Assembly: GCA_045105515.1 (NCBI GenBank)
Contig: JBGCDR010000181.1
Coordinates: 4,460-68,459 of the forward strand
Length of the DNA stretch: 64,000 nucleotides
Direction of reading: 5' to 3'
Origin: Oligoflexales bacterium
Lineage (GTDB): Bacteria > Bdellovibrionota_B > Oligoflexia > Oligoflexales > Bog-1112
The position numbers were made by a program, and so were the translations under genes. Below the pieces are notes generated by a model. The model made no database searches and had not been told where the DNA came from. It worked only from the letters and a program-made list of their open reading frames with translations. Below, piece after piece: positions 1 through 8,768 of this stretch (positions are counted from its first letter, which is position 1; every line of letters starts with the position of its first letter).

Positions 1-263
1 ACACCGCGTCCAACTAGATAAATATTTCGCGACTGTTCAGTTAATCCTTCAATGTATCTTCTTGAGGTGAGCTCAATATTCGCGGGATTAAAGAAAATAG
101 AATCAGGGGTATCATATTGAGTGATTGTTAATAGGCCACGAGAATAGTATTTACTATTTTTATATAAGCTTCTATCAAACATGATTCTAGCGTGCAAAGC
201 ATCAGCCAAAAAAAAAGTCAATATGAGCGTATATAAATTAAATATAGTGATTCTAGTCTCCAT
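1..263 (-). CDS. N-terminal part of a gene running off the left edge; exported, possibly outer-membrane protein
   Basis: My own minus-strand translation from the ATG (complement of 261-263) gives METRITIFNLYTLILTFFLADALHARIMFDRSLYKNSKYYSRGLLTITQYDTPDSIFFNPANIELTS... and stays open to position 1. The N-terminus is signal-peptide-like. The 'FFNPANI' motif resembles the 'FYNPAGLA' motif of the barrel protein at 21733-22836. It is absent from the supplied ORF track because it has no stop in the window. Confidence 0.35.
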   Translation of the reverse strand, partial: METRITIFNLYTLILTFFLADALHARIMFDRSLYKNSKYYSRGLLTITQYDTPDSIFFNPANIELTSRRYIEGLTEQSRNIYLVGRG

Positions 264-506
264 TCTTAGCAAGCTATCCCTAGGGTATAGTCTGGCTAAT
301 TGTTTTATTTACCTTAGATACTGATCGGCATCAGCTGATTAGGCCTTTAAACTATGACTCAAATTATAGTTAGCTAATTTTTAAGTATTTCTAATTTTAT
401 TTTTTATATTAGGTTGTTAATAGATTTTTTGCTTGATTCATGCTCTCAATAAAGTCATATAAAAAGCTTCAATTACAGATTATGGCTTATAATATCGATT
501 TGTGTA

Positions 507-716
507 GATTCCTCTATTACAGTCGAAAAGACTTAGACAGGAGCAAATCGATGTAAAGAGTTCTGAGATTCCAGGCGATTTCCCCGTTACTGTCGAAATG
601 TTGTTGATATTCATAGTTTCATCTCGATCAGAGCAAAGCGAAGTGGAGAGATCTGGTTTTCCAAAGGAAATTCTCCATTACTATCGAAATGACTTCGATA
701 GGCAAAGCGACTTCTT
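507..716. repeat. Tandem array of three units (about 70-90 nt; unit starts near 507, 577, 668; third unit truncated) of a structured intergenic repeat
   Basis: Hand alignment: unit1 gattcctctattacagtcgaaaagacttagacaggagcaaatcgatgtaaagagttctgagattcca; unit2 gatttccccgttactgtcgaaatg[insertion]tcgatcagagcaaagcgaagtggagagatctggttttcca; unit3 aattctccattactatcgaaatgacttcgataggcaaagcga. The core motifs (TTAC-N2-TCGAAAnGA, and the opposite orientation TCATCTCGA...GGAGAGATC) recur at 36296-36474, 52005-52040 and 11933-12030. Confidence 0.6.
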
Positions 717-742
717 TTTTAAAAAATTTGAGGATAACAAAG

Positions 743-1783
743 ATGATATATATTTTAGTAGTAATGATCTGTACCCTCATAAATGCATGCCTCTCCGCAT
801 TTGAGATGGGTTTAGTATCCATCAAACAAGCATCTTTAAAACTACTCATAGACAAAGGGTCAAAACAAGCAACTAAACTAATGGATATGCGCGACAATCT
901 AGAAAGTACTCTTTCGACTATCCAAGTAGGTATTACGATTGTTGCAATTATTAGTGGTACTATCGCTGGCAAACTCACTGACTTGTATGGGAGTCCATAT
1001 CTAATATCTATTGGAGTTAGTGACACGTTAGCAGAACCCCTATCGATGTCTATATTTGTAGTCTTAACAACTTTTATCACAGTGGTTTTTGGCGAACTCG
1101 TACCAAAAAGCATTGCTACAAAGTACCCTATGAATGTCTCCTTCTTTTTTGCAAAGGCAATTAGAACTGCCAATACAGCATTTTTACCTTTAGTTAAAAT
1201 CTTTGAAGTCACCACTCTTTGCGTTTTGAAAACCTTCGATATGATAGGTATGAAATCTAACAGGAAAGACCTTGAAGATGCAGATGATGCTTTCGCAATT
1301 CATAATCTTTCAAAAAAACACCGCGAATACGTCTACAATTTGGTGAACCTTCAAAAAACCTCTCTTGATGATGTGCTAGTAGATTGGACTCATGTAACAA
1401 AAATAAATACCCATATGCCTGATGTCGAAGTAGAGAATATCTTATTAAGTAGCGGTCACACACGGGTTCCAGTTATGGACAAACAAGAAATAAAAGGTCT
1501 TCTCAATGCAAAAGAGTTTTTTGCTTCTAGCAGAGGTCAATGGCAAGATTTAGTGCACCCTGTACTACTTGTTAACGAAAACGCCTTCCCTCTCAACACA
1601 TTAAGGCGGTTACAGGCTAAGAAAAGCCACATGGGTATCGTAGTTTCTATAGACGATAAGTCTCCACTGGGTATTATCACCATTGAAGATATCTTTGAGG
1701 AAATTGTTGGAGAAATTTTCGATGAAGATGATAAGTCGAAAAATAAGACGCAACAATTGAAAAAAAGAGTGCAAAATTCTTAG
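743..1783 (+). CDS. DUF21 + CBS-pair membrane protein (CNNM/CorB/TlyC-type, putative divalent-cation transporter)
   Basis: ORF track 689..1783. I moved the start to ATG 743, which has GAGGA 8 nt upstream; the 689-742 extension reads through the repeat array. It has a DUF21-like N-terminus (LSAFEMGLVSIKQASL...STIQVGITIVAIISG), CBS-type segments, and the family signature 'GIITIEDIFEEIVGEIFDEDD'. There is no C-terminal CorC/HlyC domain. Confidence 0.8.
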   Translation: MIYILVVMICTLINACLSAFEMGLVSIKQASLKLLIDKGSKQATKLMDMRDNLESTLSTIQVGITIVAIISGTIAGKLTDLYGSPYLISIGVSDTLAEPLSMSIFVVLTTFITVVFGELVPKSIATKYPMNVSFFFAKAIRTANTAFLPLVKIFEVTTLCVLKTFDMIGMKSNRKDLEDADDAFAIHNLSKKHREYVYNLVNLQKTSLDDVLVDWTHVTKINTHMPDVEVENILLSSGHTRVPVMDKQEIKGLLNAKEFFASSRGQWQDLVHPVLLVNENAFPLNTLRRLQAKKSHMGIVVSIDDKSPLGIITIEDIFEEIVGEIFDEDDKSKNKTQQLKKRVQNS

Positions 1784-1800
1784 ATAAGATAACAAGCTAC

Positions 1801-2499
1801 TTATTTTTTCGAAAAGTCTTTCCCTATCCATACGAGTTTAGAACTCTTAGAATCTTTTTTATGTGCAACAGGAAAAAAGTATAAGAGCTGACCATTTAAC
1901 CCTTTGAAATTTTTGTAAGCTACTAAGATTTGCTCGTTGAGAGGGACTGCTTTAAAAATTGCATTTGATTTAGAAGTTACATTTTCGCTACCTTTCATAA
2001 GGACTTTTACCATAATATGGTCTTTTGAGACAACCTTGGCGACCGATCCTTTAATTTCCCCACTCTTTGGATCGCGATTAGCAGTACGCGCTCTAACCCC
2101 TCCATCAGAGACAGAACTCGCTATATTGATGGCTTTGTTGGGCCTGATTCGGGCTTTGGAGACTGTTTTTAAAAAATCCGAGTCTTTACCCTTAGTAAAG
2201 CTAATTACAACCTTCTTCACATCGCCTGATACCTTAGCTCCAAATTTCTTGCCAAGGCGTTTCATCAAGGAGCTTTGAATCATCTCGAAAGTCAAACCAA
2301 CTTCTTTACCACCACTCTTTACAGTTTTACTTGGATCAATCGTAAAGCTGTAGGTTTTATCTGAATCTTTATTGTAGCTTTTTGCAATATCCGGTTTTAA
2401 TTTTTTCGTGATTAGAGTTTTTCCCACTCCGGATAAACCTGTAATCGGGAACATAATCATAAAAAATACGATGGTGACTCTTGATAACATTTCAAACAC
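1801..2499 (-). CDS. Hypothetical Lys-rich exported protein
   Basis: 232-aa ORF with a hydrophobic N-terminus (MFEMLSRVTIVFFMIMFPITGLSG). It is the last gene of a same-strand trio (4775 to 1801) with 37-nt and 13-nt spacers. I recognise no family. Confidence 0.5.
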   Translation of the reverse strand: MFEMLSRVTIVFFMIMFPITGLSGVGKTLITKKLKPDIAKSYNKDSDKTYSFTIDPSKTVKSGGKEVGLTFEMIQSSLMKRLGKKFGAKVSGDVKKVVISFTKGKDSDFLKTVSKARIRPNKAINIASSVSDGGVRARTANRDPKSGEIKGSVAKVVSKDHIMVKVLMKGSENVTSKSNAIFKAVPLNEQILVAYKNFKGLNGQLLYFFPVAHKKDSKSSKLVWIGKDFSKK

Positions 2500-2512
2500 C
2501 TCCTATGAAAAA

Positions 2513-2980
2513 CTATTCTGGGTAAGCTGAATAAGACACAGCAACGATCTTAGGATCAACGATAATTTTTTTATTAACCATCTTCTTCATTTTCTTCGGT
2601 ACTTTGAGAAAAAAAGTTTTCTGGCCATCTTCATGTTCAAGGTAATATGAACTATTAAGCAACTTGAGAACACCAACTGCTGGCTCTCTACCTGAAGATA
2701 GTTTCAAAATCTTAAATTCTTTTGAAGCAAAACAGGAGTTTTTTGCTCCTGCAGAACCCTTCCATTCTCCAGCAACTTCGATTGTCATAGCACTTAAAGT
2801 TTGTATCTTGTTGCTTAGATCTGAGTCGCATAAACGGACAGATTTATTTGTTTCTTTTGACTCCAAATTTACATACCGACCAGCAGTTGCCTTTGTTATT
2901 CGCACAAGTCCACTGACGGTACTTACTGCGTATGAAGGAAGTGACAATCCACAAAGTAAAAAAAATAAAATCCTATACAT
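2513..2980 (-). CDS. Hypothetical secreted protein
   Basis: 155-aa ORF with a signal peptide (MYRILFFLLCGLSLPSYA). It is the middle gene of the trio. Confidence 0.5.
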   Translation of the reverse strand: MYRILFFLLCGLSLPSYAVSTVSGLVRITKATAGRYVNLESKETNKSVRLCDSDLSNKIQTLSAMTIEVAGEWKGSAGAKNSCFASKEFKILKLSSGREPAVGVLKLLNSSYYLEHEDGQKTFFLKVPKKMKKMVNKKIIVDPKIVAVSYSAYPE

Positions 2981-3017
2981 ACCTTACCTACCTCTCAATT
3001 GATTTTGCATTTTTCCT

Positions 3018-4775
3018 TTATTTGAACCTTACAACCGATACTCCAGCATTTTCTGCCAATGTTTCTATTTCAATAGAATCATCAGTACTTTGCACTTTGT
3101 AAACAAATGGTTTCGTTTGGTAGAGGCTTATTTCAAAGGTTTCAGAATCGAGACTAGTGGCATTATCAGTGGCGTTTTCAAGCTCACCTCCATTGAATTT
3201 ATAACCATATTCCTTGCCGGAATCCCCTTGGACATTGTTTATATTGGCAATCACATCAGCAGTTTGGTAGCGACTTGCTACATCAAGGCTTGTCCCATCA
3301 AGCATCAATGCCCCAATATAATTTCCAACTATTTCTAGCCAAGAAAAGTCAGTATCAGCATACACAGTTCTGATATTTTTGATTCCTTTGTTCGGTGACT
3401 TAATCACATCAGCATAAAACTTTAACCCAGCACTTGCGCTAAGTGCACCATCTGTATAGCTAATCCCACCTTTCTGACTCATCAAGTAGTGAAGCAAAGA
3501 CTGGCCTGCAGCCCGTCCATACGAATCTAGGCTTGAGTCTGAAGAGGTAAGTGCTGCAGACACAAAGAACGGATAGTTACCTGAGTAGCGGTTTTGGAGA
3601 TAAATACTCGCGTAATTTTCGTAATTACCATCGTTCTTATACCCAAATAAGTCCTCTGCAACATGTGCAGCACCCTCATCAATATATAGGTCATCGAGTC
3701 CATTCTTATAGTAATAAGAGATCGCATGAGACACTTCATGAGCTAAGGTTCCCCAATATTGTCTAACATTGGCATCGGTTTCTCCTAATCCCACTCCAGC
3801 TAGAGTCTCCGTCATTAATAAAACTGGCCGGCCTGCGCTAACAGTCAAATCTTGATTAAAGGCACCAATGATTGAAGTAAGTGCGGAAGAGTGACCTAAA
3901 CCTACAAGGTCCTCAAAATTAGCAAAGATAAAATAAGGCTTAAAAGTGATGCCATTTTTAACTGGGAAGGTATCTTCGTAAATCACGTTCTTATAAATGT
4001 CGAGAATATTTTTAATGGTCGACTCTAAGACAGTCTTATCACTTAGCTTGTCAGAAAGACTATCTGTTACCAAGATCACACAAAAATCATCGTTTTCAAT
4101 GACTGCTTCAATGCTATCTTGTTCACTAACTTCATCATCATCTGTATCAACTCCAACGAAGAGTTCCACATCATCATCAGTGGTTGGACAGCCCTCCATA
4201 AGATTGAGGCTTTGGCCCTTCTTAGGTGTAAGACTGGGCTTAAAACTTGCAATAGAACTCTTAAGAAAAGCAGTCATAGAAGGGGTTGGGTTCAAACTCA
4301 GTTGACTTTGATCTTCTTGCTGAAGCTCATCATAGGTATGCGCTAGGGCCCAGAGTCCGTCATCTTGGGATTCTATTGGCTTCCTACGATTGAATCGATT
4401 CATAATCATTCGGTATATTTGACCCATTGATGCAACATCGGAAGGCTGTAGTAACCTTGCAGAAGATTTTTCTTTGGGTGAGAAACCTCTCAGATTTGCT
4501 GAACTCGGCAAAGTTACCGAATATTCACTTTGGCTCGTATCGCCCCCTTGCACAGTATCAATACTACCCAAGTGATAAGGCATTATTAAATACTCTTGAT
4601 CCACCTCCGCATTTGCAAAGCTCACTGTTGCTTTACCATCACTAAAAGGTTCGACCCATCCGGCTAATGCTGTACTATCACTAGCAGCATCTTCTTCAGA
4701 ATCCGTGCATGCGGACATACACAGTAAGGACATAAAAATCAAACCAGTAAGCCTATAAATGAGGAAAATGCGCAT
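3018..4775 (-). CDS. Lipoprotein with HExxH zinc-metallopeptidase motif
   Basis: 585-aa ORF. The lipobox is 'LLCMSAC', followed by an acidic linker. The single HExxH motif sits in 'WGTLAHEVSHAISYY'. GAGG-type RBS upstream of ATG 4775. Confidence 0.6.
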   Translation of the reverse strand: MRIFLIYRLTGLIFMSLLCMSACTDSEEDAASDSTALAGWVEPFSDGKATVSFANAEVDQEYLIMPYHLGSIDTVQGGDTSQSEYSVTLPSSANLRGFSPKEKSSARLLQPSDVASMGQIYRMIMNRFNRRKPIESQDDGLWALAHTYDELQQEDQSQLSLNPTPSMTAFLKSSIASFKPSLTPKKGQSLNLMEGCPTTDDDVELFVGVDTDDDEVSEQDSIEAVIENDDFCVILVTDSLSDKLSDKTVLESTIKNILDIYKNVIYEDTFPVKNGITFKPYFIFANFEDLVGLGHSSALTSIIGAFNQDLTVSAGRPVLLMTETLAGVGLGETDANVRQYWGTLAHEVSHAISYYYKNGLDDLYIDEGAAHVAEDLFGYKNDGNYENYASIYLQNRYSGNYPFFVSAALTSSDSSLDSYGRAAGQSLLHYLMSQKGGISYTDGALSASAGLKFYADVIKSPNKGIKNIRTVYADTDFSWLEIVGNYIGALMLDGTSLDVASRYQTADVIANINNVQGDSGKEYGYKFNGGELENATDNATSLDSETFEISLYQTKPFVYKVQSTDDSIEIETLAENAGVSVVRFK

Positions 4776-5031
4776 ACCCTGACCTCGTTATAATTATTCA
4801 ATAGTAACTATCATAGCCGAGTCTTTTACTGGAGTCATTATCGATAGTTATAGACTGCTAAATGGGTCTTTTCACCTAGGTAAAAACCCGAGTTTATTTG
4901 TAAAGTGACTTGTAGATTTTGCCTACAGAGTGGATATCCAGGAGTAATCGTAAAGATTGAGCACAAGCTATTGTATAATGAAAGAGATCAACATGATTCA
5001 CGGCAATGGACCTGTAGACTGAGGACAGTAA

Positions 5032-5652
5032 ATGAGCAATTCATTAGATGTAACTTTAAGGGCTACATTTGAAAAGATGCATGTGGTCATCCGGAAAAAT
5101 GCTAAATTGAAATTGATAGAGTCCTCCAAATATGAAGATATCGAGATACAAGAATTCACACCTGAAGACATAGAAAAACTTACTTGGGATCATTGGATCA
5201 CCAGTATTCAACAGAAGACCGATCTAGGATCTTTTTTATTCAATGTCCATTTTTTCTCTAAAGCTGCACGAAAAATGGCCGAGCATGCATTTCAATCTTC
5301 CACCAAAATGTCCTCAAATTTCTCGCAAGCACTCATACAGGAATATACCAATATTACTGGTGGAGCCATAAAACAAAGCCTGGTAGCTGCCGGTGCAAAA
5401 ATCTCTACAGACCTTCTGCAGGTTAATTTACCTGAAAGCAAGCCTAGCTATGACAAGGTCCATTTCACAGGATGGGAGGATAATCCGAAACTTGATAAAT
5501 GGAAGTTTAATTTTAAAGACGATGTTATCTACTGCACCTGCAAAATCGAAATAGCAAATGAAAATGAAATTTTACAACTTCATGAATTAAAATCTATTGA
5601 TGAACTTCATGAAGAAGAAGATACCGAAGACGGTGATATCGACTTTTTATAG
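5032..5652 (+). CDS. CheX/CheC-like (chemotaxis phosphatase fold) protein, paralogue 1, acidic GDIDFL C-terminus
   Basis: 206 aa. The E-x2-N helix 'LIQEYTNITGGAIKQSL' matches the CheX consensus (E-l-x-N-i-x-x-G). It aligns with the next ORF. It ends ...EEEDTEDGDIDFL. Confidence 0.55.
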   Translation: MSNSLDVTLRATFEKMHVVIRKNAKLKLIESSKYEDIEIQEFTPEDIEKLTWDHWITSIQQKTDLGSFLFNVHFFSKAARKMAEHAFQSSTKMSSNFSQALIQEYTNITGGAIKQSLVAAGAKISTDLLQVNLPESKPSYDKVHFTGWEDNPKLDKWKFNFKDDVIYCTCKIEIANENEILQLHELKSIDELHEEEDTEDGDIDFL

Positions 5653-5685
5653 ACTTTATTAAGTTTAGGTTTTAGCCAACACAGC

Positions 5686-6273
5686 ATGGAAATAAACACT
5701 AAACGAGTTTCAGATATTCAAGAAAAAAACCTGCAAGGCCTTTTGCGGCAAGCTTGTAGGTTACGTCTTTACTCGAGCTTAAAAATCGAGGGTGGCGTAG
5801 ATGTCGAAGAGCTTAGCAATCCAGATGACTTTCTATATGGGCAATGGATGTCGGTCATTTTATTATCTGGCCAGGAACTTCAGTGTACTCTTAAAATGCA
5901 TTATTTTAATGAATCAGCGATGGCACTCAGTTCCCATTCACTCGGTTTAGCAAGGGCAAAAATAAAGCCCGGCATGCTGACAGACTATATGCGAGAACTA
6001 ACCAATTTATTTGCTGGAGAAATAAAATCACAGTTATTTGCCAATAAGATTCTAGTTGGCATTAGTCTGCCACTCATAACACGAGGCTTCGATGAAATAC
6101 TCTTTTCAGATAACTTGGGAAAATTTATCGTAAGAGATTATTGGAAATTTCTATGGAGCGGTAACGAAATTGTTTTAACGGCTGAGACTGAGGTGTTTCA
6201 GCCTGAAATATTTAATTCTGTTACAATTAAAGAGTTCAATGCTGAAGACGAAGGCGATATTGACTTCTTATAA
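5686..6273 (+). CDS. CheX/CheC-like protein, paralogue 2, acidic GDIDFL C-terminus
   Basis: 195 aa. 'YMRELTNLFAGEIKSQLFANKILVGISLPLITRG' closely follows the CheX pattern (ElxNxxxGxxk...g..isLP.v..G). It ends ...NAEDEGDIDFL. Confidence 0.65.
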   Translation: MEINTKRVSDIQEKNLQGLLRQACRLRLYSSLKIEGGVDVEELSNPDDFLYGQWMSVILLSGQELQCTLKMHYFNESAMALSSHSLGLARAKIKPGMLTDYMRELTNLFAGEIKSQLFANKILVGISLPLITRGFDEILFSDNLGKFIVRDYWKFLWSGNEIVLTAETEVFQPEIFNSVTIKEFNAEDEGDIDFL

Positions 6274-6292
6274 ACCTTAAGGGAGCCTAACT

Positions 6293-6658
6293 ATGTCAAA
6301 AATTTTAATCGTCGATGACTCCGAAACCTTGCGCTTAGAGCTAAAAACATTTCTCGAAAGCCTTGGTCATTCTGTCGTTGAAGCTGAAAGTGGTCCAGAT
6401 GGACTTGAAAAAATAAGCCAAAATACGGACGTAAATCTGCTTATATCTGATTTTAATATGCCGGGTATGGATGGTATCTCAATGTGCAAAAAGATCAAAG
6501 ATGAAGCGCAATTCGCGAAGCTTCCGATCTTTATGCTAACCACTGAATCGACCCCCGAACTTAAAAGTGTAGGCAAGGAAGCAGGTGTGATGGCTTGGAT
6601 CGTAAAGCCGTTCAGTACTACAAAGCTTAAAACCGTGCTTGATAAAATTCTAAAATAG
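6293..6658 (+). CDS. Single-domain CheY-like response regulator
   Basis: 121 aa with all receiver landmarks: 'ILIVDDSE', phospho-acceptor 'LLISDFNMPGMDG', 'FMLTTE', 'IVKPF'. Confidence 0.9.
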   Translation: MSKILIVDDSETLRLELKTFLESLGHSVVEAESGPDGLEKISQNTDVNLLISDFNMPGMDGISMCKKIKDEAQFAKLPIFMLTTESTPELKSVGKEAGVMAWIVKPFSTTKLKTVLDKILK

Positions 6659-6688
6659 AAGATTTAGGCCGCTTATCCGGGAGACCTA

Positions 6689-7657
6689 ATGACCGATCAT
6701 TCCGACGAGCGAAGAGAGCTTATCAACCAGCACATGCTAGTGGCTCAAAATCTACGTGCTAGCCATAAAATTCTTTTTCAAATTGAAAGATCCAAGGCCA
6801 ATACCGAAACAATGGTCGATTTATTGCCAGACTTCTACTTTGTTATCGATCAAGGTGGCAGGATTCTAAAAGGCAATATCTCTGGTGCTAAGCTTCTTAA
6901 GACTAACACAGATGGGATCATAAACCAGAACGTAGGTCAGCTTTTTTCTTCTGAATCAAGTAACATATTTTTTAATAAAATAAGCAAGTTATCTGACGCA
7001 TATAGACGCACCCGCTTAAACAGAAGTGAGAACAAAACGGTTACCAGCTCATTTGAATTGCCAATTGATGCTGAAGAATACGAAACAAAAAGCATTCATT
7101 GGAACTTAAGAATTTTCGAGGGAGTTAGCCTACGCAGAGGTGCATTGATCTCTATTTTTGGGCGTGACATCACAGAAATTCGCAAGTACGAACAGCAGCT
7201 ATCTGAAATATTCTCAGCAATCCCTCTCGGGATCATGATGATCGACAACAATGGTGATGTAAATGGTCCCTACAGCGCCTATCTAGAATTTTTACTCGAG
7301 CAGGAAACCCTTAAAAACAAAAATATTTATGAAGTCTTATTCGACCCTTCTTCTGAAAATATGACATCAGAAGAAAAAAAAGGGTACCGAGAATTTCAAA
7401 ACGTATTTGGTGCAGATGAAATTTTTTATAAAGTCGATAAAAAGCGCTTTCCCAAAGTACTCAAACTCCCTCTAAAAAATGGTTTTCGTTGGCTAGAAGT
7501 GACCTATCATCCTATTATTAAGGATGAAATGATAAACAAAGTGCTCTTAGTATTTAGTGATATATCTCGACAAATGAAGGAGCAAGAAAAAAATAGCAGC
7601 CAGTCTGAAGATGATTTGAGCTACCATGAAAAGCAAGGAATCATTAAGCGCAGATAA
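6689..7657 (+). CDS. Dual PAS-like sensor protein without an output domain
   Basis: 322 aa. The two PAS-like segments are 'VDLLPDFYFVIDQGGRILKGN...IFGRDITEIRKYEQQL' and 'SEIFSAIPLGIMMIDNNGDV...VLLVFSDISRQMKEQE'. No kinase, GGDEF or HTH motif is visible. GGGAGA RBS. Confidence 0.6.
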   Translation: MTDHSDERRELINQHMLVAQNLRASHKILFQIERSKANTETMVDLLPDFYFVIDQGGRILKGNISGAKLLKTNTDGIINQNVGQLFSSESSNIFFNKISKLSDAYRRTRLNRSENKTVTSSFELPIDAEEYETKSIHWNLRIFEGVSLRRGALISIFGRDITEIRKYEQQLSEIFSAIPLGIMMIDNNGDVNGPYSAYLEFLLEQETLKNKNIYEVLFDPSSENMTSEEKKGYREFQNVFGADEIFYKVDKKRFPKVLKLPLKNGFRWLEVTYHPIIKDEMINKVLLVFSDISRQMKEQEKNSSQSEDDLSYHEKQGIIKRR

Positions 7658-7661
7658 CAAG

Positions 7662-8768
7662 CTAGCCCTGGTTCTCTAAATAAATTTGATCATAAATACT
7701 GAAAAACCTGGTTGCATTATCATTCACCTTAGAATGGTTCTTGCGAAAAGGATAATGAACTGATTGTAAGAACCCAGGCAGAAATTTTAACCAGTACTCT
7801 TCAACCTTTGAGGGTTCCGTTGTTTTAAGTTCGAGGGTGATTGTAGGAAGATTTCTTTCGTTTCCCGCATAATTCCCTAAAGATCCTGGGTAGAATGAGT
7901 AGTCTACTACTCTGTAATTACGAGTTTTCTTTGAAACTGCGTAGACAAACTGCTTTGCTTTTTTTTCAATGCGCGATAAATGTACAGGCTTCTGATCACC
8001 AGGGCCGTCATAATCAAGAAAGCCTAAAGGAGCATGCACTGAGAAAATCTTATCTGGCTTGAACTTGTCGATGAGCTTAACTTGGAAAAGGGTCTCAACC
8101 TCTGTATTGGGAAAGTATCCCGGAAAATATCTCGCAACTCCATTGCGGCGACCCCTCCAAGATTTTCCTGCCTTTTCATACCAATCTAGGGTAAAGAAAT
8201 TTCGATTTACATCCACAATTCGGTTAGTTCTTAGGGGATATTTTTGCAAAAATCCATCAGGATTAACGATAGGTGCGATAATCACTTTAATTCCATGTTT
8301 TATATATACGTCTGGATGAGATTGTAAATACCTCGCAAAACGGAAAGATAGATGAATTGGTGTTAGCTCGTCCGGGTGGACTCCCCCCATGAAGAGAGTA
8401 GTATCCTTCCCGCTACCAAAAGAAGCGTAGATCAGTGGATGACCAGCAACCGTTTTAAGATCGGCACGCCATTGAACACCACCACAGGGGTCACCATACC
8501 AACCATAACGCTTAAAGACCTGCTTAATATTTGTACAAAACTTTTTGATAATCAATGCTTCACGAGGCTGTGCAATAGAATAGTGCGGCATATTGTATGG
8601 GGAAATAAATGGTATTTTAGCCAGCCCCCGCTTCAAGGGTAATGAAGTGGCGATCATCTGCCCTTTGACCGACCATTCCCAAGTGAAGAACAGAACACCG
8701 CCGACAATAAAAAGCTTGGAAGCAATGCCTTTTCTCAGGAAAAACAAGAGAATCCTACTGCACCGCAC
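7662..8768 (-). CDS. M14-family zinc carboxypeptidase (MpaA / murein-peptide amidase-like)
   Basis: 368 aa with an N-terminal membrane or signal segment. The zinc motif is 'MGGVHPDE' (HxxE); 'FSVHAP' and 'PTITLELK' are typical of M14 peptidases. Confidence 0.65.
   Translation of the reverse strand: MRCSRILLFFLRKGIASKLFIVGGVLFFTWEWSVKGQMIATSLPLKRGLAKIPFISPYNMPHYSIAQPREALIIKKFCTNIKQVFKRYGWYGDPCGGVQWRADLKTVAGHPLIYASFGSGKDTTLFMGGVHPDELTPIHLSFRFARYLQSHPDVYIKHGIKVIIAPIVNPDGFLQKYPLRTNRIVDVNRNFFTLDWYEKAGKSWRGRRNGVARYFPGYFPNTEVETLFQVKLIDKFKPDKIFSVHAPLGFLDYDGPGDQKPVHLSRIEKKAKQFVYAVSKKTRNYRVVDYSFYPGSLGNYAGNERNLPTITLELKTTEPSKVEEYWLKFLPGFLQSVHYPFRKNHSKVNDNATRFFSIYDQIYLENQG

Noticed and set aside
507-716. 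The possibility that the tandem repeats are a small CRISPR array
   Set aside because: The units are long (70-90 nt), contiguous without unique spacers, and internally palindromic. Related copies occur in both orientations at other loci. No cas genes are present.
628-1215. 195-aa minus-strand ORF, plus the 598-804 ORF and the 689-742 extension of the transporter ORF
   Set aside because: These ORFs are antisense to, or read through, the well-supported DUF21/CBS gene and the repeat array. They have no motifs and no RBS. They are typical shadow ORFs.
2386-2409. Walker-A-like string GLSGVGKT in the 232-aa protein, suggesting a P-loop NTPase
   Set aside because: It lies at the end of a signal-peptide-like hydrophobic segment. 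No Walker B or any other NTPase motif follows, and the rest of the protein is Lys-rich and beta-strand-like. It is probably a chance match, though an alternative start at MIMFPITG cannot be excluded.
4901-4928. Sigma28-like sequence TAAAGTGA-N12-GCCTACAG upstream of the CheX-like cluster
   Set aside because: Only 5 of 8 positions match in the -10 element, and the spacer is one nt too long. It is too weak to call without transcription-start data.
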